Source: an uncultured Fibrobacteria bacterium (lineage in GTDB: Bacteria > Fibrobacterota > Fibrobacteria > UBA11236). Taken from it: 64,000 nt of DNA. Where the stretch lies: the NCBI GenBank assembly GCA_963716395.1, contig OY970309.1, positions 256,001 to 320,000 of the forward strand, written 5' to 3'. The position numbers and the translations under genes were made by a program. Of this stretch, positions 58,291 to 64,000 are shown piece by piece; position 1 is the first letter of the stretch; every line of letters begins with the position of its first letter. The notes under the pieces were generated by a model that saw only the letters and a list, made by a program, of their open reading frames with translations, was not told where the DNA came from and ran no database searches.

Positions 58291-59937
58291 ATGATTTCCC
58301 GTTTGCCCGCAGCGGCGCCGGAAAAGCCCCGGTTGTCGAATTTTGTGGGACGCCACGCCGACCTCCTAGACCAACTCCTGGCCGAGCAGCAAACGTTAAC
58401 CGCCGTGGAACGCTTCGCTGCTTATCACGAGACACCGATTGCGGACGGCGCACCCCTGCAAGCGCGGTATTACCAGGATCTGCTGCCCCTGCAGCAACCC
58501 GCCCCGGGCGAGCAATTCGCGTTCGAGGTGAATCTGGATCGCTGCAGCGGATGCAAGGCCTGCGTAACGGCCTGCCATAACCTGAACGGACTCGATGAAG
58601 GCGAAACCTGGCGCCAGGTGGGCGTGTTGCAGGATCCTTCCCAACGACGCACGCAACAAACCGTGACCACGGCCTGCCACCATTGCCTGGAACCGGGTTG
58701 CGCCCAGGGCTGTCCCACCCTGGCCTATGAAAAAGAGGCCGTAACTGGCGTGGTACGACACCTCGACGACCAATGTTTCGGATGCCAATATTGCATTCTC
58801 AAATGCCCGTACGACGTACCCCAGTATTCCAAGTCCAAAGGCATCGTGCGCAAATGCGACCTGTGCGTCGGCCGCTTGCGCGCCGGCGAAGCCCCGGCCT
58901 GCGCGCAAGCCTGCCCCACCCGGGCCATTCGCATCGTGCTCGTCACGGCCCAAACCATTCGCAACGATCCCCGCGCCGGTCTGGATCTGCCCGGCACGCC
59001 GGATTCCACCTACACCTTGCCCACCACGCGCTACGTTTCGGCAACCGCCATCCCGGATACCCTCACGCCGGTGGACGTCCATCAAGTAAAAGCGGAGCCG
59101 CCGCATTTACCGCTGGTGTTCCTGCTCGTGGCCTCGCAAACCGCCATCGGCTACTGGGCTTTTCTCGCCCTGGCTCTGGTCTTCGGCGTCGGAGCGGCTT
59201 CGCCGGATTCACTGGCGCCGCGGCTGGCCCGCCTCGAAACCTTGGGACTGGGGTTGACGCTGCTCACGTTGGCTTTGGGTCCGCTGCATCTGGGACGTCC
59301 CTGGCTGGCGTGGAAAGCGTTTTTGAACTGGCGGCGCTCCTGGCTGAGCCGAGAAATCCTCGGCTTTACGATTTGGGCCGGAGCCGCGACGGTTTCCACG
59401 GGCCTCCGCTGGGCGGGAGGCGATCTTCGTTGGGCGTCGACGACGGTTTGGCTTACGGCCCTGGCCGGGGCCGCGGCTCTCTACGCCTCGGCCATGGTAT
59501 ACCGCGACACCCCGCGAGTCTTGTGGGCCACGCGCCTCACCTTGGTTCGCTTCACGCTTTCGGCGACGCTTTGCGGCGGCGCGGCGTACGCCCTGGCCGG
59601 CGGAAGGCCAAGTGCGGTTTGGATCTGGGGCACGCTTCCGGCGGCTCTGATTGCCAAGTTGTGGTTAGAAACACGGGTATTACGTCACCTGAAAGATACT
59701 GACCCAAATCCTCTGCAAAAAGCGGCGCGGCTGCTTACCGGCCCGTTACGGTTGCTGTGGCGCAGCCGGGTGGCGGCGGGGCTGCTCGGCGGCGTGGCGG
59801 CTCCGGTTTTCCTGGCCGCGCACCCTGCGCCCTGGGGCGGTTGGCTTGTAATGATCCTGATTCTGGCGGGAGAGCTGATGGAGCGCCGCTTGTTTTTCTC
59901 CACCGCCGTTGCGCCCCGCATGCCGGGAGGGCGGTGA
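58291..59937 (+). CDS. Fused 4x[4Fe-4S] DmsB-like electron-transfer domain + DmsC/NrfD-like membrane anchor
   Basis: [49 protein letters not shown]; then [22 protein letters not shown] and ~8 TM helices; start approximate. Confidence 0.88.
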   Translation: MISRLPAAAPEKPRLSNFVGRHADLLDQLLAEQQTLTAVERFAAYHETPIADGAPLQARYYQDLLPLQQPAPGEQFAFEVNLDRCSGCKACVTACHNLNGLDEGETWRQVGVLQDPSQRRTQQTVTTACHHCLEPGCAQGCPTLAYEKEAVTGVVRHLDDQCFGCQYCILKCPYDVPQYSKSKGIVRKCDLCVGRLRAGEAPACAQACPTRAIRIVLVTAQTIRNDPRAGLDLPGTPDSTYTLPTTRYVSATAIPDTLTPVDVHQVKAEPPHLPLVFLLVASQTAIGYWAFLALALVFGVGAASPDSLAPRLARLETLGLGLTLLTLALGPLHLGRPWLAWKAFLNWRRSWLSREILGFTIWAGAATVSTGLRWAGGDLRWASTTVWLTALAGAAALYASAMVYRDTPRVLWATRLTLVRFTLSATLCGGAAYALAGGRPSAVWIWGTLPAALIAKLWLETRVLRHLKDTDPNPLQKAARLLTGPLRLLWRSRVAAGLLGGVAAPVFLAAHPAPWGGWLVMILILAGELMERRLFFSTAVAPRMPGGR

Positions 59938-59938
59938 G

Positions 59939-62131
59939 ATGCTGGAAAAACTGCGGCGCTTTGATGGCCCTTTGACGCGCGCCCTGGTGCGCGAACCGGG
60001 GCGCTTCGGATTGGGGCAATTGCCGCAACAGCTCCAGCCCGACTCCACCACCACCTTGGTATGCGGCTATTGCTCGACGGGCTGCGGCCTCAAGGCGCAT
60101 TTGCGCCACGGAGCCGCGGTCAATCTCTCGGCCGATACGAATTACCCGGTGAACCTCGGCATGGCCTGCCCCAAGGGTTGGGAAGCGTTGGCGCCGCTGG
60201 CGGCCCCGGATCGCGCCACCACGCCTCTGTTGCGGAATGCGCGGGGCATGCAGGAAGCGACGGATTGGGATACGGCACTCAAAACCTTGGTGGCCCGCTT
60301 CCGGGGAATCCTGGATCGGCATGGCCCGGAAGCGGTGGCCTTTCTCAGCACGGGCCAATTCCCCACCGAAGAAATGTTTATGCTCGGGCTGTTGTTCAAG
60401 TTCGGCATGGGCGCCTGGCACGGCGATGCGAATACGCGCCAGTGCATGGCCACGGCTAATGTGGCGTACAAACAGGCCTTTGGTTTCGACGCGCCGCCCT
60501 TCACCTATCAAGACTTCGAACTATCCGACGTCGTCGTTTTCATCGGCGCCAATCCCTGCATCGCGCATCCGATTTTGTGGGAACGGGTGATGATGAATAC
60601 GCGGCCCCATCAGGTTCTGGTGGTGGACCCGAGGCGCACGGAAACGGCCGCGGCCGCCACGCGCCATTACGCCTTGGCGCCCAAATCCGATTTGACCTTG
60701 CTGTACGGCCTTGCGCATGTCCTCATCCGCGAAGGCTGGGTGGACCGGAACTTCATCGCAGATCACGTGGCGGGATATGCCGGCTTCGCCCGCCACGTGC
60801 AACCTTTTACGCCGGAGTTCACAGCGGGCGTGACCGGTCTTTCCGCCGCCGACATCGAAGATTTTGCGCGCACGATTCACCAAGGCCGGGCCGTCAGTTT
60901 TTGGTGGACCATGGGGGTGAACCAGGGACATGAGGCGGTGCGCACGGCCCAAGCCATCATCAACCTGGCCTTGATCACCGGGAATATCGGCAAACCCGGC
61001 ACCGGGGCCAATTCCATCACGGGCCAGGTGAACGCCATGGGTTCGCGCCTGTTCAGCAATACGACTTCTTTGGTGGGCGGCCGCGATTTTCTCGACGCCG
61101 AAGATCGCCGCGAGGTGGCGCGAATTCTCGGCATCGATGCGGGACGCATCCCGGCGCAAAATTCCTTGGCCTATGATCAAATCGTCGCGGGAGTTTGCGC
61201 GGGGCGCATCAAAGGGCTTTGGGTTATCGCCACCAATCCTTCGCATTCGTGGGTGGATCAAACCCAACTTCAGCAGGGGTTGGAAAAGTTGGATTTTCTG
61301 GTGGTGCAGGATATGTACCGGAACACCGACACTACGCGTCTGGCCCATCTGGTGCTGCCTGCTGCGGGTTGGGGCGAAAAAGCCGGCACGGTCATCAATT
61401 CCGAACGGCGCCTCGGCCTGTTCAAGAAAGTGGCCCGGGCCCCGGGCCGGGCCCTGGCTGATTTTTACATCTTTCGCTTGGTGGCGGAATATTGGGGTTG
61501 CGCGGATCTTTTTCATGGAATGGATTCCCCCGAGCAGGCGTTCCAGGTCATGAAACGCCTGTCGGCGGGCCGACCCTGCGATTTTTCGGGAATACGCGAC
61601 TATCATCACATCGATGAACAAGGCGGCATCCAATGGCCGTACCGTGGTCACGATGCGGACAAGCCGCAGGAGCGGCGCCTGTTCGCCGACGGACGCTTCT
61701 TTACCGCCGACGGCAAAGCGCGCTTGTATTACGACCCCGTGCGCCCGCCCGACGAAACTCCTTCGCCGGAATATCCCCTGGTGCTGCTGACGGGCCGGGG
61801 CACTTCGGCCCAATGGCATACCAATACGCGCACGGAAAAATCGGCCGTGCTGCGTAAGCTGTACCCGGCGGAATGCTATGTCGAAATGCATCCGGAAGAC
61901 GCGCGCCGCTTGGGCGTCGCTCCCGAAGATTGGGTGATGGTGCGCACGCGCCGCGGGGCCGTGCGCGCGCGCGCCTTCGCGGCCTCGACCGTGCAGCCCG
62001 GCCAGATCTTTCTGCCCATGCACTACGCCGGGGTCAACGCCCTGACGGCGGCATCCTTCGATCCCCATTCCCGCCAGCCTGCCTACAAGCATTGCGCGGC
62101 CCGCATCGAAAAAGTGGAGGCGGCGCGATGA
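59939..62131 (+). CDS. narB: Assimilatory-type nitrate reductase catalytic subunit (Mo-bisPGD, NarB/NasA/NapA clade)
   Basis: [12 protein letters not shown] Fe-S motif, [11 protein letters not shown] (Mo-ligating Cys), [34 protein letters not shown]; no Tat signal; context nrtABCD + narM. Confidence 0.88.
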   Translation: MLEKLRRFDGPLTRALVREPGRFGLGQLPQQLQPDSTTTLVCGYCSTGCGLKAHLRHGAAVNLSADTNYPVNLGMACPKGWEALAPLAAPDRATTPLLRNARGMQEATDWDTALKTLVARFRGILDRHGPEAVAFLSTGQFPTEEMFMLGLLFKFGMGAWHGDANTRQCMATANVAYKQAFGFDAPPFTYQDFELSDVVVFIGANPCIAHPILWERVMMNTRPHQVLVVDPRRTETAAAATRHYALAPKSDLTLLYGLAHVLIREGWVDRNFIADHVAGYAGFARHVQPFTPEFTAGVTGLSAADIEDFARTIHQGRAVSFWWTMGVNQGHEAVRTAQAIINLALITGNIGKPGTGANSITGQVNAMGSRLFSNTTSLVGGRDFLDAEDRREVARILGIDAGRIPAQNSLAYDQIVAGVCAGRIKGLWVIATNPSHSWVDQTQLQQGLEKLDFLVVQDMYRNTDTTRLAHLVLPAAGWGEKAGTVINSERRLGLFKKVARAPGRALADFYIFRLVAEYWGCADLFHGMDSPEQAFQVMKRLSAGRPCDFSGIRDYHHIDEQGGIQWPYRGHDADKPQERRLFADGRFFTADGKARLYYDPVRPPDETPSPEYPLVLLTGRGTSAQWHTNTRTEKSAVLRKLYPAECYVEMHPEDARRLGVAPEDWVMVRTRRGAVRARAFAASTVQPGQIFLPMHYAGVNALTAASFDPHSRQPAYKHCAARIEKVEAAR

Positions 62132-62613
62132 GCGCCTATTTCCGCTTCGAATCCGATTTCGTGAATTCCCTGCGCTGCATTCCCATGGCCGTGCGCATGC
62201 AATTGGATTTGGCCGGCGTCAAATTGAAACTTTCGGAATGGTCCAAGCTCACCCTTTCGGATCGGCAAGCCTTGGTAGAAACGCCGTGTGCTACGGAAGA
62301 TGAAATTCGGGAATATCAGAAAAACATTTCGCTATTGGTCGCGACGGTTTGCGGCACGCCGCCCGCTTTGATTCCCATGGCACTCGAAAAAAACTGGGAG
62401 AACGAGCGGGAGATTCCGCACCAGGTGGTAGAAAAGGCCGCGCTACACGGCGTCCGCCTGCTTCCGGAAGCCTGGAAATCCCTGAGGCCGTTGCAACGCT
62501 TCGCCCTGGAGAAATTGAGCCGACCCGGGCATGAGGGAAACAATTTCCGGCCCGCGCTGATCGAATTCGGATTTCATCCGACTGCCCCGGAAAGCGGCGC
62601 GCGGATTGGGTGA
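62128..62613 (+). CDS. narM: Nitrate reductase-associated protein (NarM-like)
   Basis: [34 protein letters not shown] ... [22 protein letters not shown]; ATGA overlap with the reductase. Confidence 0.85.
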   Translation: MSAYFRFESDFVNSLRCIPMAVRMQLDLAGVKLKLSEWSKLTLSDRQALVETPCATEDEIREYQKNISLLVATVCGTPPALIPMALEKNWENEREIPHQVVEKAALHGVRLLPEAWKSLRPLQRFALEKLSRPGHEGNNFRPALIEFGFHPTAPESGARIG

Positions 62614-62749
62614 GGTTTTTCCCATACAGCGCGATCATCCTTTGATTTGTGAGGATTATCTCGAAAATCGCCGATATCCCAGTTTTCCAAAATGAAGCAC
62701 GCAGCCAATTTATTCCGGAGTATTTTAAAGTAAAATCGATGGATGAATT

Positions 62750-64000
62750 ATGCTTAGGCCATTCGCGCTTCTTTTGATTCTGGCGGGGTCGATTTTAGGC
62801 CAACAGCAACCTCCGATTTCGAGGTTTTCGGATCTGGCAAAGAGTGAATTAGGATTTTCACCGCACATTCCTACCAATCTCAATTCCATTGACATTGACC
62901 TGCCCGCAATTGCATTAACAACCGGCGATAGCGTCTTTTTTCGCGCAGGAAATATGGTTGGATTAACTTGTGAAGGGTGTCCACCTTTCATACAAAGCGA
63001 TACCTTGTTTTCATTTGCCATACCAAAAATTTATCGCGGGCTCCCTTTGCAAAAAATGGTGCAGATTTTTTCTTTCTATCCAAACCCGCGTTCGGAACCG
63101 ACGTCCATTCATTTTTTAGCGGCCGACAGCAACCGCGTTTTGTATTGGTCTTACCAATGGAGCGACACCTTGGTGAAGGATCCACAACAGCCGTACTCAC
63201 CGCCCCCACCAACATTCAGCGATAGCATTACTTTGCCCATCGGTCCGCATCAGATCATTTATGGGATCGATGGCTTCACCGCAGATTCCATAGAAATACA
63301 CTTTGAAATATTCGGCAGCGGGGGGTTGCGCGCCCAAGTCAGCGCATCGTTATCTGGAATGCTGTTGGACTATCGCTATCTCGGCTTTGCCGATTCTTTG
63401 GATTTGACGGCTTCCGCTCCGGGTTTTTACGGGACGTTGCATGGACAAATCCTCGACTCGTCTTTGGGCTGGAATCCGATTCACATCGGGAATCAACCTG
63501 TTTCGCTGGTGGATTCGACCGGAGCCGTAGGCGATAGCGGGATGTTCGCATTGAAATCGCAGGGAGTATGGAGGCCATTCCCCCAGCCAGCCGATAATTT
63601 ACGGGACTTCGCGATTGAATTGATGGGCTTTAACGATTGGGGATATTGGGCCTATTGGGGAACACATGCGACATTATGGAACGACCACGACTCGTCTTAC
63701 GATCATTTCATTAAGGATGACTCCACGGTTTGGGTAAATGTATCGACGTCTCCGCCCCAAACATTTTCTAAAGATTCGATTCTGGTTTTTCATTCCACGC
63801 CCGATTCTATCACTTTGAATTTGTTCGACTCCGACTTGAATTACACCCTTCCCAATATTTCCTGGATCAGTAACGGAAACCGGGCTTTTTCCTGGAGCAG
63901 TACCTGGAAAAATTTCAGCCCGGGTTGTGTCGGCATTGATACCGTATCCTGCTTTTACTACCGAGGTCCATCGGCACCACTGATTTCGCTGCGATGGGAT
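62750..64000 (+). CDS. Hypothetical secreted protein, partial (runs off window), lower GC
   Basis: Manual translation MLRPFALLLILAGSILGQQQPP... stays open for 417 codons to base 64000; signal peptide; absent from the ORF track because there is no stop. Confidence 0.75.
   Translation, partial: MLRPFALLLILAGSILGQQQPPISRFSDLAKSELGFSPHIPTNLNSIDIDLPAIALTTGDSVFFRAGNMVGLTCEGCPPFIQSDTLFSFAIPKIYRGLPLQKMVQIFSFYPNPRSEPTSIHFLAADSNRVLYWSYQWSDTLVKDPQQPYSPPPPTFSDSITLPIGPHQIIYGIDGFTADSIEIHFEIFGSGGLRAQVSASLSGMLLDYRYLGFADSLDLTASAPGFYGTLHGQILDSSLGWNPIHIGNQPVSLVDSTGAVGDSGMFALKSQGVWRPFPQPADNLRDFAIELMGFNDWGYWAYWGTHATLWNDHDSSYDHFIKDDSTVWVNVSTSPPQTFSKDSILVFHSTPDSITLNLFDSDLNYTLPNISWISNGNRAFSWSSTWKNFSPGCVGIDTVSCFYYRGPSAPLISLRWD

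Noticed and set aside
59939-59975. RR in the nitrate reductase N-terminus as a Tat signal (NapA-like)
   Set aside because: KLRRFDG lacks the consensus and has no hydrophobic h-region; no napB/C/D genes.

Overview
A GC-rich, gene-dense bacterial chromosomal segment, most likely from a Fibrobacterota (FCB superphylum) genome. The evidence for that is a fibro-slime-domain surface protein with a Fibrobacter-type C-terminal sorting domain and a PorX-like REC-PglZ regulator next to tsaE. Contents in order: phoR(partial)-phoB divergent from pstSCAB-phoU; thrC; a lipoprotein plus OM-barrel pair; DUF4912-GH57 branching enzyme; a degenerate Hpt-REC-GGDEF-REC protein; two unknown envelope proteins; proC, rho, a folK-deoxynucleoside kinase fusion, NmrA and panC; a frameshifted fibro-slime protein; gnd; degP; a TonB-dependent receptor; serS-HK-porX-like-tsaE; a divergent TolC-MlaC / MlaEFD-PqiC-OM-barrel locus; a glycosyltransferase; and a ~14 kb nitrate-assimilation cluster (nrtABCD, moeA-moaA-moaC-mobA-moaD-moaE, TauE, DmsB-DmsC fusion, NarB/NasA, NarM). 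I found no rRNA, tRNA, CRISPR or transposase. The most notable observations are: (1) the same unannotated ~35-60 nt leader motif downstream of both sigma-54 promoters of the nitrate cluster; (2) an assimilatory-type nitrate reductase paired with a DmsB-DmsC membrane module, with no nitrite reductase in the window; (3) strong enrichment of D-(S/T)-hydrophobic O-glycosylation-like sequons in exported proteins; (4) a PorX homologue with an apparently dead PglZ active site, translationally coupled to a kinase; (5) a possible trans-envelope MCE/TolC system. A few single-base indels suggest long-read assembly errors. All family assignments come from motif recognition by eye, not from database searches.
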